From positions 21,705,875 through 21,769,874 of the forward strand of contig CM119266.1 of NCBI GenBank assembly GCA_051294375.1: DNA of 64,000 bases, given 5' to 3'. The notes under the pieces are model-generated. The model searched no databases and was not told where the DNA came from. It saw nothing but the letters and a program-made list of their open reading frames with translations. Origin of the DNA: Paraspadella gotoi (lineage: Eukaryota > Animalia > Chaetognatha). Position numbers and translations under genes: made by a program. This document shows positions 40,896 to 55,269 of this stretch, piece after piece; position 1 is the stretch's first letter; the number at the start of each line of letters is the position of its first letter.

Positions 40896-41373
40896 TTCAG
40901 GAACCAATATTCAATTGCCATATCACAATTTTTATGGAACAATATGTTCACGATTAGAATTTTATGTTATTAAAACTCTTGTAAAATAAGTTCAAACGGT
41001 TCCCTCTCAGTTCATTAAATTTATAATTACGCCTCAAATATCTTGTAAATGGAATTTGGGCTGTTGTTTAAATTTTCGCCGTTTTAAATCGGCAAATCCC
41101 GCATGGAAATCGCAAATCCGGAACCAGATCCCATAAAAACGAGCATTACTCAAAATCGCGGTTAATTTTACTTTCCCTGCCTCCTCGGGGTCTTTTGGTT
41201 TTTAGTGGCGGGATAAAACCCGCGCCGTAAAAAAAAAAAGGGAAACTGAGGAGAATCGCGCGGAACCGAAGGGTGATCGCGTTTCCCTTAAGCCGAAATC
41301 CCTGTCGAGGAACAGCGACCCCGCTCTCACCTCCTCGCCGGGCGCTTATTCATTCGACGGAGCATGGTTCATA

Positions 41374-41427
<54 letters not shown>

Positions 41428-42020
41428 CTAAGAGGGAATTTTCTCCCTTTCATATCCGTCAAAGAGAGCGGCGGTAGCGAGGGAGAAAGAGGGCGAAGTA
41501 AAAGGGTCTTGGAAATGAGAAAAAAATAACCGCTCCGCCTCAATTGGATTTCGGGGCGGATTGGGGGAGGTGAGTGAGACACGAAAATGGAACCGTGTTG
41601 ATCGATGGTCTTTGCGTGGGCATAAACTAGTATTAACTAATGATGTATCGAACTAACGATTAATTGTGAATATTTCTTAACCAAGACTTTTACTTTTTTA
41701 TATCGTACCTTTTATATCTCCGTGGATCGCATTTCATTTTACCCAATATACAATATTTGATTTCACGGCTCCCCTTACTTTTCCCGTCTCCCCGGCGCTC
41801 TACCAGTTGAGTCTTTGGTTCCAATTTTCCTCTCTGTCCCCCGATTTCGTTTTCTTCCCCCCGATTGTCTCCCTCTCTCTTCGCGTCTTCCATTTGTCAT
41901 CGCGGTGCCGACCGTCTACGCCGCCGCAAAACGCCCATTCGAGGATGACAAATTCATTTCGGGCGACGATTTGACGGATTGTCGAGTCTTTGCTTTACAT
42001 TTGGGTTTTTCTTCGAACCT
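38365..42020 (-). CDS. Possible multi-exon gene for a disordered S/R/G-rich protein (may extend upstream into the duplicated block)
   Basis: GC-richer exon-like islands reading RSRSSKSSKRSRSVDDEMYAGRSGSPVR (40.1-40.4 kb), SDKRDKRLPIVMSTTGGKRLSSSR (38.8-39.0 kb) and a terminal GLADGGRSGRR..SIQSF*. No domain recognised. Confidence 0.3.
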
Positions 42021-43749
42021 CCAGTAATAAAATTGTAATTGTAATTCCGATTTAAAAAAAAAAAAAAATTCTTAAATAGTTGTTCTTATTCATGAATTAC
42101 CATTTTTTAAAACGAACGGTTTTAACACACGTGAGTTGAAGTTGACATTCACCTCGTTGGGCTTTAATGCTTGAGTGTTGTGGCCATTGAGTTCTCGTTC
42201 ATAAAGTTATACGAAACAGGAGTGTCTGACGACAAGACAACTTTTGTCTGCTGGAGAATGTGACGCCACTTCATTGTAGATGTATCTGATTAAATAGTGG
42301 GATAGGGATATATGTATCAAACCATGTTATGTTAATGGAATTGAAATTAATTAAATAGGAGCGTTTATGGGTTAATATATATTTATGAACAATCCTATAG
42401 CCGTGGGTAATGGAGTAGTTAGAAATAGTGTGTTGAAAAGCGAGAGGCTAAGATAGAGGTTAAGTAGGGGTATTTGAGAAATACGATTTTGGGTGTTGTA
42501 TTTGTTTAGGAAAAAAGACCTTTTTAATTGTACAAAACAAAGCTGAGAAGAAGTTATTTTTGTTATCGCCGGTTCGCCCGTCCGTCTTATTCTTTCCTCC
42601 TCTGCCTTAACTCTTATGAGTCATTGCGATTCTAGCGCTGACGTTTTGACTAGTATAGGGTGCGTCTTTGTATCGTTGTATCAAAGCAATAGGCCGTTAC
42701 TGTTTCGGGGTCCACGGCGTTTCAAATCCATACATTTTTTTTTTTTTTAAACATTTCCGCCCCCATCTCTTCTCTCTTCCTCGAATAATCTACATTTCCC
42801 ATGTATGTGTTTTCACCTTGTTTTATTATCAACCCCAAGGTTATCTTTGTCTTGAATATGAAAATTGTCTTACTTTATCTCTGCTTCTTTCAGTTCGTCG
42901 TTATGCCGCTACAATAACTATTAATGTATGTTTTTATAACCTTTTTTACTATCCGTTTCTTCCGTTTTCTTTCATTTATTCTCTATCTCTCTTTTCCCCT
43001 CCTTCCTTTTCCTCACCCCTAGTCGATATTATTTACTTTGTACATATTATCACCATGTATTTATTCTATCATTTATATCCATAAGCCACTTAAAGCCTAC
43101 CATGCCTACAGGTATAATCCTAGGAGACTCATAAATAAATATAGAGTCTTAAAGGCACATATGCGCTCCAGATGGCTCTGTAGTTACCTGTGTTAGTCGT
43201 TGAATATTTTCTTCCTTGTCACGTACGATGTTTGTGTTTTCTATACGCTGTGTGCTATATTTATGAGAACTATCCTCACTACGAGCTATTTTATAGGTTT
43301 GGCTCTCGGCAAACTTCATATATCTTTGTTTTTATTTCATATTAATAACACCAAGTCTCTGCTCTCTATTATGCAACTACAAATCGCATAAGTTGTTACA
43401 AATGTTGTGCGATAATAGTAGTTAAAATGCCTCTCCCTCAGTATATGGTCTCAGACAATAAACGTTCCGAACATAGGCTTGAATATTACTCTTCTTATTA
43501 GAGCAATAATGCGCCATTTGAGAGTATTATTTGTGCGTGTGAGAGATTTTCTCATCTTCATCAATAAGAACTGCATTTTTACTTAGAGCACAAATATGGC
43601 AACACAAAAAATGAGAAAATCTGAATTAGTGACTATCGGCATCATATTAGTGACACTCGAATTTAATTCCCCCAGCTATTTTGAGTTTCACTCACTTTGA
43701 TTAAAAAAAATGTCTATATCCACGATCTCTTTATAATCTTATTGCAGTT

Positions 43750-46700
43750 ATTATTAATTGTTTTATATACTAACAATTAGAACCATGAAAAAATATTACA
43801 AAATTATAACTTTTTGATAAAATTCTATCCAATAAAAATAGGGAATGACTAGAGCGAGGGAACGCTATCAATAAATATATGAAGGAAAAAAAAGTTAATA
43901 GCTCTCTCCAATTGATGTGTAGAATAACTCTAAAATTTCTAATCAATATATCTAATTAATTAACAAAATAGAAAAATATAGCTCAAAAATGTTGCTATAA
44001 ATCATTCTCTCCCTTCTATTCACTCTAGCCTTCAAGGAAGGGATAATAGTCGATATTTGAATGTTGATTAGATGGATGAAACAATAAACGTATTACGAAT
44101 CAATAGATTGGCAACAAAATTTTAAAATAAAATATATTTTTACCTTCATGTATTCCAATTGTACGAAAACAGAAGAATACTAATAGGCGTGCTAATTACA
44201 TGCTTTTTGACGAGCTTTCTTTTGCTCTCTCTGTGATCTAGCGCCCACACTTGGTCTTTATTGTCTTGGCGCAATTGATCTATCCACATTGCTTCCCCCT
44301 TTGTCTCCATCTCCGAGGTGAATCATGTATCATATAAGTGCTATAACTTTCATCTAAAACAAAATTTAGGAATTAGCAAAATATTCAGTGTTTCTCATTT
44401 TAGTTAATTCATACTGTGGTTCTGTAAACCTGTAAGGCTTAGGGAAAAGTAATAAAGGTAATAAACCGAGCGGGACTCGAAGGGGTTACCCGGTGCCAAT
44501 GTTTTCAGGCTTTGTTATTTTATAGTGTTGTTGGGTAACCGCGAATATTTAGATGTTTTTTTTTCCGGAAATAGTTGAAAATATTTCAATTCAATTTTTG
44601 CTTCGGTTAATCTTCACGTATAAATCAGAAAAAAAATGTCGTATAAAAAATCAACTAATTATATATAATAATACTTGCGTTTTATTAAAATTAATATTTA
44701 ATACTAAATGCAATGAAAAATTATTATAACACCTGGCAAAAAGATTAGACCACTGGGTGCGCTGACACTGAGTAGGTAAGACTCATAGATACCGACTGGG
44801 GAGTGGGCTCCAGTGGGCTGTGGGCACTGGACAGATTAGAGTTTCGGCTCCGAGCCGCTGTTTCTTGAGGCGAAAGACAATAGAGTTTCGGTGAAAATGG
44901 AATTCCCGTTCGTTGTTCTGTCAACGTTTGGTCGGCTCGCACTGTTTGCGTTAAGGTGTTGTTTAGCGTTCTGATGCTGAAAACAAAATAAATGCGGAGA
45001 GTACGTTTGTAAACAAGAAAACAGAAGCGCCTTCTCATTAATAAACAATTGTTTCACACTAAAATATTTGTATGTCCAAATTAGTATTCACGTCAACGTA
45101 GCCTATGTTTTTAAGGTTACATATGTTATAAATCACTCAACGCAAATTGCCACGTCTGAGTGTCATTATTTGCTTCCAAATCAATTATAAATTATCTATT
45201 CTTTTCGGTATATTTTTTTTAAATTGTAATGAAAATTTTATAAAAAAATTCAAATTGATTTGCTCTCCAGCTTTATCATCCTGGTTTATATCAGCTGTGG
45301 GCAAAAAGAGAAAAGTTTATACAGGGAAATTTCAGTTTCAAATGCAAATTAATATTAAAGAGAGTGAATCTTAAGGAATGGATAAAACTTTCCTTTATAA
45401 TGTGTGTTTGCCTCTTTGAAAGGATAAAGGTGTGAGAGATCTTATATCATATTTTATTATGATATTGGGAATTATTTGGTTAAGATTTTGTTTTTTTTTT
45501 TGCTTTTACCCTTCAACGATGTAAAGTTTGCGTTTGGTGATCCTTTAATTAATGCCTGAGCCTTTGTATAATTAAAACAACGAAATTCGTATAAAACACC
45601 TGAATTGGATGAAAAGTTGGAACGAGGAAGGCATCCTCAAGAGTTTACCTGTAAAGGTAGTTCGGAAAGCGGGACCACACGTCGTCGATCCATCTTGACG
45701 GAGATGGAATTTTGTCAAACCACATCTTAATTAATAAACAGTTATAAAATAAGCCCGTGAGGCGCTTAACAACGCCGATCGAGAGGCTTTCATTTCTTTG
45801 TTTTTAATTGCGCCGAGAGTACCGCGGAGAAACTCTATTAAGTAACTTTTCGGATCGGTCTGTCGTCGTGTGGTATGGTCCGTCTCGGTCGGTCTGTCCC
45901 ACTTACATAAAAATGCTATATTTGTTAGTTGCTCATTTGTTAAGACAGGTAAACCTGAAATCTACAGTGACTGCTAGCGCGCTTCAGGAAATCGCGAAAC
46001 TAAAGGAAAAAGAGACGGAATTTCGATGCATAAATAAATACAAGGGCTAAGGAAAGTTTTTTATTGTCATCATATCAGTATGTCATGTCATACACATAAA
46101 AATAAAGCACTACGCGACGCAACACATTGGACATCAACCGTTCTTGTTTAGATCTGTAAGAGTGGAAAAAAACATATATAAGGATCAATGATCGGTAAAA
46201 TAACTATTCCTCTACTTTAGGATGGTCTGGTCGAATGAAAGAATTAATCCGACAGAAATTGTGATCCATTTCCATTAAGTTCTTCTCTTTCCTTCGTAGT
46301 TTAAATAGAACACGAGGTGTATGTTTCTTGCATGATTGTGTGCGCGGCGGCACGCTGTGCTTGGCGGCGAAACAGAGAAATATGCGAGCTGCTTTACAAA
46401 AACGAATTGTTTCTCAGAGGTTTAGCTTTAAAAATAAGTAAACAAACGCAAAAAAAGAAGCCGTGAAAACGAGCAGAGCATCGGCAAAAATACCCTGGAA
46501 AAAATTTATTTTTCTCTTCTTCTTACGGGTTTGCGAGGCATCTCTTCTCTCTCTCCATCTCTCTCATCTGTCTCTCTCCTCTCTCTCTCTCTCATCTCCT
46601 CTCATCATAAAATGAATCTAATCCTATTTCCTCAGCTTCTTCCTTTTAACCGTCTCCATCCTGATAACAAGTGGTTTTGCTCTACTTCAAGCCAGGAAAC

Positions 46701-46975
46701 CTTTTCAAGGTTGTCAGTCTCTTTCTCGCTCACCTCTCTCTCTCTCTCCGTCTCCTCTTCTCTCGTCTCTCGCTCTCTCTCTCTCGTCTCTCTCTCTCTC
46801 TCTCTCTTCTCTGTGTTGTCCAAAATCTCGCTCATTATCCGAATGCATTTAAAAGGACGCCGGGGGTTGAGGTTTCGAGCCCAAACAAAAAGTCGCACCT
46901 TTTACGGGTTTGGAACCCGGGGAACCGCGTCCTCGTTTTTCCTTTCCGTATTTTTAAGTCGTTAGAGGGGGAAAG
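43750..46975 (+). repeat. Copy 1 of a ~3 kb direct duplication
   Basis: Colinear with about 55270-58176 (shared GGCTTAGGGAAAAGT, GATACCGACTGGGGAGTGGG, GAGGTTTCGAGCCCAAACAAAAAGTCGCACC); differences are mostly small indels. Confidence 0.9.
45801..46148 (-). mobile_element. HINE-like element, same family as 24126-24488
   Basis: Reverse-complement similarity over the whole length (CCGTTCTTGTT end, CTTCAGGAAATC, GGTCTGTCCCA, TTGCGCCG end). Confidence 0.65.
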
Positions 46976-48819
46976 AAGTAAAAACTAATTGATGATATAT
47001 ATGTGAGTGGGAGTCTTTATCTATACGCCTGTTCGATCATCGCGCCAGGCATGGCGAAGGGATTTAGACGCCTCAGAGAAGATAGAGTAGACAATATAGA
47101 AAGAAAGAGGATGAATGAAGATAGAATAGAAGAATAGAATCTTTAGTTTTTATTTTTGTTTGCGACCTGGCTTCATTGCAATGCGGATAGAATTTTTGCC
47201 CGTTTCCTCCTTTCATATTGGTAATCGCAAAGGATCAAGTCGTGAGGGATTCTCTTGATGTCTTCTCTTTCTCTGCTTCTCTGCCAGCTCCTTCCTTGGC
47301 AAGGACTTTTTTTTGCACTTGACCAGCACGCCTAGTCCGAATGTATAGGGAATCATGCGAGCAGACACGCACGCCGAAAGCACGCACTAGCACGTATACG
47401 GTTTCAGTTTTCGCGTGAAAAAAAAAATCATTGTCGTGCGGCCGTCTCATCTTGGTTGCCCTAATAGCAGAGGTCACTTGGACACTGCTCTGCAGTGTTG
47501 AGGAGAGAGAGAGAGAGAGAGAGTCACAGTTTTTTTCGCTCTGGCCGAAAGATATCTTTCCAGTTCGAACATAAAATGGGGCTGCAAGTCGTTTCGAACT
47601 AGACGTATTTAGAATCAAATTTGGTATCGTTGGAAACAGAAATGCGAAATTATGCGAAAATCCAAAATTTCCATGTTAAATCCGGACGACAACGCGTTCA
47701 AAAGTTAGTCGGCAAAAAAAAGAGAGACCTTTGTCGAAGAAACGCCTGTCTCGCGCGGATCAACTGCGCTATTAAAGCGATCCGTTTTGGCTTCTACAAA
47801 GGAGAAGTACTACGGTAGTTCAAATTCCATTAGACGGCCGAAGTTTAGCCTAAGCCTCGTAATGCGTGATCCGGGCCTCATAAGAATTAATTTTATACTA
47901 AGAATGCCTCGGACGAAGGAAGTATATACATCTAGATGTCAACGGAAATAGAGGGGAAGATAATTTTATTTTTATATTAAATTTATGCATAAAAGTAAAA
48001 CTAAGAAAACAGTATGTCAGAAAAATTAATAGCCGAAGAAAAGACTAAATTTAAGTAATGAAATGCATGGAGGAACGATTTCAATCTACCTGTAGAAGAC
48101 GAAAATAGTAATAATAAAAAGTAAAGAGGTGAAGAATTGTGACGATGTAAAGAGGAAGTAGCAAAGAAGTTGAGACGAGCACACTCCCTGATCCACTTTA
48201 TCATCGCGCGACCAACTTGACCTTACGGTCTCCTCGGCCTATTGTTGTCCGGTCAATCTAAGGTCATTGTCAAAGCTGGGCAAAGGGTGATCGTGTGGAT
48301 TGACTGGCAATTGGAGAAAGAGATGAATGAGTTAACAAAACTTAAAATGCCCCAAGCATAAGCTCTTGAGGGCAATACTTGTAATAGTTTTAAAGAAAAC
48401 GTTTTGATGGCCGCAACGAGCGGTCTTAGGGCCGGATTAACATAGAAATAAACTGGTTAATACTAGTTGAAAGGAGCAAAAGGTCGATGATATACATCCG
48501 AAGACTAAGAACAGGAGGACGCATAAAAAAGACATCATTAAGAAACATAACAGGAACATATAGGAATTAACCGCAGGACGCTACCGACACTATGCAAGCA
48601 ACAGGAAACAATCATATAGCTGACTACCGTAGTAGACAAGAAACACAGATCCGCGATATTGAAGCGGCCGTGATTAGTATGTGCACCTAACTGTTGTGTC
48701 GACCCGGTGACAACACAACGTCATATCGACGGGCCATGCCGAGCACGCGGCCTTCCAGCACTGTCCAGCTTATCTCTCTCCTGTTTCTCTCTGTTCCTCT
48801 GCTGTTCTCTCTCTGTCTC

Positions 48820-50150
48820 TCTCTCTCTCTCTGTACGCTGATCTCAATGCCTGATCGTTCGTTTTTTGAAAAATTCTGATTATTTTTTTCCTTCTAAAAT
48901 TTTTATTATCGCCATTTATTCCGCGCCTTCTTTCTCAATACAAAATCCCAAATTTACTCTGAGATTTTCGTGGAATTTTTTTAAGAAAATGTGAAGAAAA
49001 ATCTTACTTTGACCTGGACTTCGTGCCGTTTGCAGGGCACGAGTAACCAATGTCGAGGAACAGTGACGCTAATAACTCGTTACACGAAACGTACGATGTA
49101 TAAAAAATTCAACTTGACCGAGATCACGCCCGATATAAACGAAAGTGACCTACATATCTGCTTATCGTTGGCGGGAAAACTTCTCTCTCCGCTCTCCTCG
49201 TCCTCCTCTCCCCTCCCTTCGCCGGCTCCTCTCTCCTGCTCTCACGGACTACGACGACACTGCGTGGGATGCGGGAAGATCGTATGCTTAGCGTGTCGCG
49301 CAGGGCCGGAGCGTCGTATGTCACTAGTCTGGGTGCCAGTGGAACCCGGGGCTCCCTCGGAATATGACCCATCCCATAAAGGCCCTACCGTTCCTCCGTA
49401 GATCCAGGCGTCCCGCCTCGGGCGCTGTCTTCGCCGCGTCTCCGTCTCTCTCTCTCTATTTTTTTTTACAAAAAAAATTATTCACCTTTTTTTCTTTCAC
49501 CACACGTCACAAGGCGGACGAGGTAAATGTGTAAAACGAGTTCCGGCTCTCTCTCTCCTTATTCTAAGTCATCACTTTCTCTCTATTCTGTTCCATCTCT
49601 CCTCTCTTCTCTCTCGCTCTCCTTCTCTCTATCTGTCTCTCTCTCTTCTCTCTCTCTCTTTCTATCCTTTTTTTTTACAAAAATAATTGTTTTAGTCACT
49701 TTTTTTTCACCCAACCGTCCACTAGGCGACGAAGTAAATTAATCATCGAGTTTCGGCTCGTCTCTCTCTCTCTTCTCTCTCTCTCGTAATCTCTTTCTCT
49801 CTCCTATCTCTCCTTCTTCTATCTCTTTTTTTTACAACCAATAATTTTTTAGTCACTTTTTTCACCACCGTCACTAGCGCACCGATGTAAACGAGTAAAC
49901 GAGTTCCGGCTCTGCAGCGGTACGAGGATGTTCAGCTTCTTCTTTTCTCTCTCTCTCTCTCTCTCTGTCTTTCTGTCCTTCTGTCCTCTCTCTCTTCTTT
50001 CTGTCCTCTCTCTCTGATGTACGATCGTTCGTTTTTTGAAAAATTCTATTATCTTTTTATTTTGCTTCCAAAAACTTATTATCGCCATTTATTTTTTCTT
50101 TTCAAATACAAAATCCCAAATTTACATCCGAGATTTTCGTGTGATTCATC
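48820..50150. repeat. Composite repeat: ~130 bp unit at 48850 and 50020 (inverted at ~53670, partial at ~54570) around three ~190 bp CT-rich tandem units
   Basis: Repeated GATCGTTCGTTTTTTGAAAAATTC..ATACAAAATCCCAAATTTAC and TAGTCACTTTTTTCACC..CGAGTTCCGGCTC motifs. Confidence 0.75.
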
Positions 50151-50305
50151 TTAGAAAAAGGGAGAATAACTTTTAATGCAAGCAAGTCACAGTATACCTG
50201 CTATAGTCCGGCAATTATGCGCGATTATTTTAATTGTACTGTATGGTCCTCTCTCTCTCCCCATCTTCTACACAAATCTCTCTATATAATTTCAACAAAC
50301 TAAAT

Positions 50306-50350
50306 TGACGCTGAAGAAGGCTTGGTAAAAAGCCGAAAACATGTACGTTT
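50306..50350 (+). ncRNA. Minimal type I hammerhead ribozyme (Penelope-type), second instance
   Basis: GACG, CTGAAGA, A, stem II GGCTT/AAGCC, GAAA(A), CATGT, A, CGTT; AATAAA just downstream. Confidence 0.65.
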
Positions 50351-52864
50351 TCATCTTGAAAATAAATTGGTTTGCCACTTATTTAAACTCTCTCTAATCT
50401 CTAATCACAACGAAAGACGGATTACATAAACACAATGCACTTACATCAAATAATATTTTGAGAATATAATATCAAGATAGAAGGCTCACCCTACCGCTGA
50501 ACTCTCTCTCCCCCGGGGCCTTCTCTTCCCCCTCTCAACGCCTCTCCTCCCCTATCGTCCTCCTCTTCATTCCCGGAGTTTCACGGATAGAGATCTTGGA
50601 GATCGGAACAGACTCTCTCAACTTCTCCTCTCGGTCTCGGGGTCCTGCAAACCTTCCTTCCTTTCTTCCCTTTTATGTTATCCCTTGTTCCCTTTGTGTA
50701 TAGCCACTTACCTATATACCATATATTTCCTTACCCTTCCTTACCTCTATTTACCGCTGACTGAGCCGACTAGTGAGAACCCTACCTTTAGCTAGATACC
50801 CATCTTCCCAGAATATATATGCCAAATATGTGGACATAAACATCTCGTCGTAATCCGTCGATCTATTTACCTTTTGTAAATAATACATCAAATGACATCA
50901 AATACTACATTTATCTTCAAATTAAATTTTTACATTGAAAACTTTTTATTCTATTTTGTTGTTAACAAAAAAATAAATCTCTTTATCTCTCTTTCTTTCC
51001 CTTTAGAAACGAACAACGCAAATTAAATAAAACCGAATGAATGAAAAAAAAATTAATAAAAAATTATTATAAAAATTTAAGAATTAACAATAGAAAGGAG
51101 GGAATCGTCTTAAAAGGACATTAGGCTAACTAAAAATATCCTTCAATGATGATATACTTTCTTAATAAACGGAAAAAAATATTTATAATCATTAAATCTT
51201 TTGATCAATAGCTCAATCAATAAACATTCAATCAATAAACTAATATTCAATATTTTTTATTTATAATTATGGTCCATGGTTTATGAAAGATAACAACTAG
51301 AAACAATGAGAGAACGAGAAAGCGAAAGAGAGAAAGAGAAAAGAGAGAACGAGAAACTTAAATATAAAATTTAGAATTAAGTTGTACTTTTTTTATATTT
51401 GTATTTATGCTTAGGCAATAGAAAAACTTAGTATGCAAGATTAGCTTGATAAGCTTAATTATCATGGGGTAATTCAAGATACGTTTGCCTCAAACAATTT
51501 TTCTTTTACTAACCTATAATGTGTTTGTTTTGAAAATATTGTATTCTTAAATCATAAAGTTGAATTAATAAAATTAAAATGTTTAGTTTTTAACGTTTAA
51601 GCGAAATTTCCTGAAAAATTAACGGGTTAACGAACTCTGTCACAAACCACGACAAAAGCAATGACGTACGATGAGAATTGAAATGATATGATGAAATCGT
51701 TGAAATTTTGTCCCCGAATTTTTTTTTTCTTTGCATATGAGTTTTTACGCTTTTTTTTACTTTTTTCACTTCTTATTTTTTTTTCTTTTATTTTACATTA
51801 ATAAGTGTTAATGTTGTTTTTGTGCTCGTTTGGTGGCGAGTCGGACTAGGATACACGTGGCGTCCGCGACAATATCTGCTTCCGCGTTATTAACTTTTTG
51901 CGTTATCAGTCCGCGAACCGTTCCGAGTGATTTTCCCTACGCTTCTTCTCTTTTGGTGACTTTTGAACATTGGTTACATAAATCAATCGTGTATTTGTTT
52001 GTTGTAATAGTCCGTTGAGAGCTGCTAAGTTGTAAATCATGATAGCTTCGTCGGAGGTATTCTCTCTCCCTTCTACTCTCTCTCGTCTTCTCTCTCTCTC
52101 TTCTTCTTCTCCTCCTCTCTGCTCCTTACCTCTCTCTCTCCTTTCCTCCCTCCACACAGGACACGATTACTGAGATCAAACCAAAGAGGAGAATGCTGTT
52201 TCCCACTGGCTCACCACCGTTTATCCCGAAATGGACGAGATCAGCTCAATTGGACACCTTTCACCAAGATGGTTCACGCTGGTGGGCTGAATGGCAAAGG
52301 GCGGAAAACAGTAAGACTGTTCGCCCGTCTTTTCCGGAAAGCGGCCCATTGCAAGCTTAATTTCATGTATTAAATTGACTTTAAGGGGACCCAGTGATCG
52401 GGGGGGGTAAAAAGCTGAAAGCAATAACGGTTCTGGTCCCTAAAGCTACGATGGTTCAGATTAAATGATTCTTTTTCCCTTGGTATAAAAGGGAAAACTG
52501 GTCCAAAAATTCGATTTCTGGTCAGCTCCGCTGATTTGTTGTTGAAAATTCGGTTATGAGCAAATCTTTTCTCCGTGTTTATAGATTTTTCTCAGAAAGA
52601 ACGGTAAAGACATTGTTTTAAATTGTTTCTTTGTTTTCATTAATCGTTAATTATTGTCGCTGGTGGGCAATAAAGCAGCTTCACACTGAAGTTAGAAGAA
52701 AGTGTCAATCCAAACTTTTTCTGCGTCTTGTTCGGCGTAAGGGAATCATAATCTCAGGGTGGTAGTGTAAGCAATGGCTTTCCGTGAGTTTTTCTGAGCC
52801 ACTGTAGGGTTGATTGATTGATTGATTGGTTGACTTAGTTGTCAAGCCTGCAAATAAGTCTAAG

Positions 52865-54175
52865 GCCAAGATCAAGATCGATGAAAACGAAGACGCATGG
52901 CAAAGACGATGACTACAACAAACGTCGAGAAGACAACGAAATTCAACAACGAACTGAACGAGAAGACGACGAAGAAGACAGGAAAACGAGACGAAAGCGA
53001 CAACGACAACGACAAAGAACAGATAAAACGACGACTGAGACGAGACGAAAGGAAACGATGAAGAACGTACGACGAAAACAATGTCGAAGACGACGATGAA
53101 AACGCGGATGAAGACGAACAACACGACAACGGAAACACGGATGAAAGACGACGACGAAAACGACAAAGAAACGTCAAAGAAAACGGACACGAAAACGACG
53201 AGGGTGAAAGACGACGGATGAAAACGATGAAAACGACGATGAAGACCGACAAAAAACGCACACGACGAAAACTGACGAATGAAGACGACGACGAAAACGA
53301 ACAAAGAAAAGAAGCGACAACGAAAACGACAACGAAAACGACCAGAAAATGACAAAGAAAACGAAAAAACGACGACACGACGATGAACAGACCAAACGAC
53401 CGAAAACAATGAAGACGACGACGAAAACGATGAAAAGACGCCCGAAAGACAACGACGGAGACGAAAACGCATCAAAGACTACGACTAGACGAGGAAAACG
53501 ACAACTAAAAGAACTGAAAAAGACAAGAAGACGATGAAACGAAGAAACATCGACGAACGAAAACGATGGTAAAACAAAGCAAAGAAACCCACAAACGGAG
53601 AGAGACAGAGAGACGGAGAAAGCGTAACCATTTCTGCGTATGAAGTTTATTGCTATCACTTTTTCTAAATACAATCCACCGAAAATCTCGGACGTAAATT
53701 TGGGATTTTGTATTGAGAAACAAACGTGGAATAAATGGCATAAAAATTAAGGCAGAATTTTTTAAAAAAACGAACGATCACCCGCAAGAGATTGTACAGA
53801 GAAAGAGAGAGGAGAGAGTGAGAAGCTATACACACCCATTTTCGTCGCCTTTCTTGTCGTCTTCTTCCTTCTTCAATCGTCATTTTCATCTTCATTTTCC
53901 TCGTCGGTCTTCGACATCGTTGTCCGTCATTCTTCTTCATCATTTTCGTCGTCCAGTCGTTGTCATTGTCTCTTCCGTCGTTTCTGTCGTCTTCTTTCGC
54001 TTGTCCTTCGTCGTCGAAATATTTGTCGTCGTTTTCGTCGTCTTCTTTTGTTTGTCTTCCTTCATCGTCAGTTTTGTCCTTCCTCTTCGTCGTCAATTTT
54101 TTTTGTTGTCTTCCGTCGTCATTTTTCGCGTGCTCTTCGTCGCATTTTTCGCCTTCGTCCTCTGTGCATATTCAT
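52865..54175. repeat. Degenerate (GAC/GAA/AAC)-rich low-complexity arrays in opposite orientations
   Basis: GACGACGAAAAC-like units at 52865-53570 and TTTTCGTCGTC-like units at 53840-54175. Confidence 0.8.
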
Positions 54176-55269
54176 CAATCTATGGCCAGTCGTTTTAAAA
54201 TCGTTTTCCTCCTTGTTGTTGTCGGTCGGTTTCCTTACTAACCAAGTCAATCAAATCGCGAAACATTTGCAGAGTTTTTTGCAGATTTAGCCAGTTCGGA
54301 ACACTTTTTAAACTGATGTCACTGATTTCCTTACAAGAAAGGAAAAAAAAAGTAACTAAAAAGTTTTTTGGGTAAAAAATAAAGAGAGAGAGAAAGAAAG
54401 AAAAGCAGAGGAGAGACACAGGAGAGAGACAGAGAGAGAAGAAGAGACGTGGAGAGAGAGGGAGGAGAGAGGTGAGAGAGAGAGAGAAAGCTTGAAACTC
54501 GTTTTTTTAAACGATTCAGAAAAAGGCAGCGCCTGATATATTTTTTTTTAAGAAGAACAACAAATCATAATTTTTCAAAAAACCGAACGATCCGCAAGAG
54601 ATCGTACAGAGAGAGACAGCACAGAGAGAGAACGGAAGAGAGAAAGAGCAAAGGAGAGGAGAGGAGCAGAGAGAGAGAGGAGAGAGAGAGAGCCAGAACT
54701 CCTTTTTAAACGATTCGAAAAGGCAGCGCCTGAATAAAAAATGAAAAAAATATATTTAAATTTAAAAGAAAATAGGAGAGGGAAGGGAACCCGGGTTTTT
54801 CATCCCCCGTGTAATCCCCGCAAGATTTTTATGAGGTTTTTTTATCCCTNNNNNNNNNNNNNNNNNNNNNNNNNATGAAGTTTTTATTTTGTTTTTTTCT
54901 GTTTTTACTATTTCCTTAGATTACTTCGTTTCCAGGTAATATTTTGAATAAAAGATACAACAGCACTGAGACAAAAAGTTAAATAATAAAAAATAAATAA
55001 AATCTAAAATTCTTCAACGAGGGATCCTTATATATTTCTTGGACAGACAACTTTGTTTGCTTTTGTATTCCATCGAGATTTCGCAAACGCATTTTTTAAA
55101 CCGGTCCCCCAGCACCACCTAACCTTGACACCGCCTCCCTCTTCCAGAAAAACAGTCAACCGGCGCCTGATACACTAGCAAAACATTTCAATGGCCTTTA
55201 AACAAGGCAACAAAAAAAAAATCGATTAGATCGCATACTCGAATTAAATTCCCCTTGTCCTTTGATCCC

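Noticed and set aside
41310-41385. HDV-like ribozyme (CACCTCCTCGC)
   Set aside because: P3, P1.1 and J4/2 cannot be formed.
47620-48450. Mariner-like and CR1-like peptide hints
   Set aside because: Too short and frameshifted to support without a search.
50750-50795. Third hammerhead (CTGACTGAG..GAGAAC)
   Set aside because: Both core boxes are corrupted; at most a decayed remnant.
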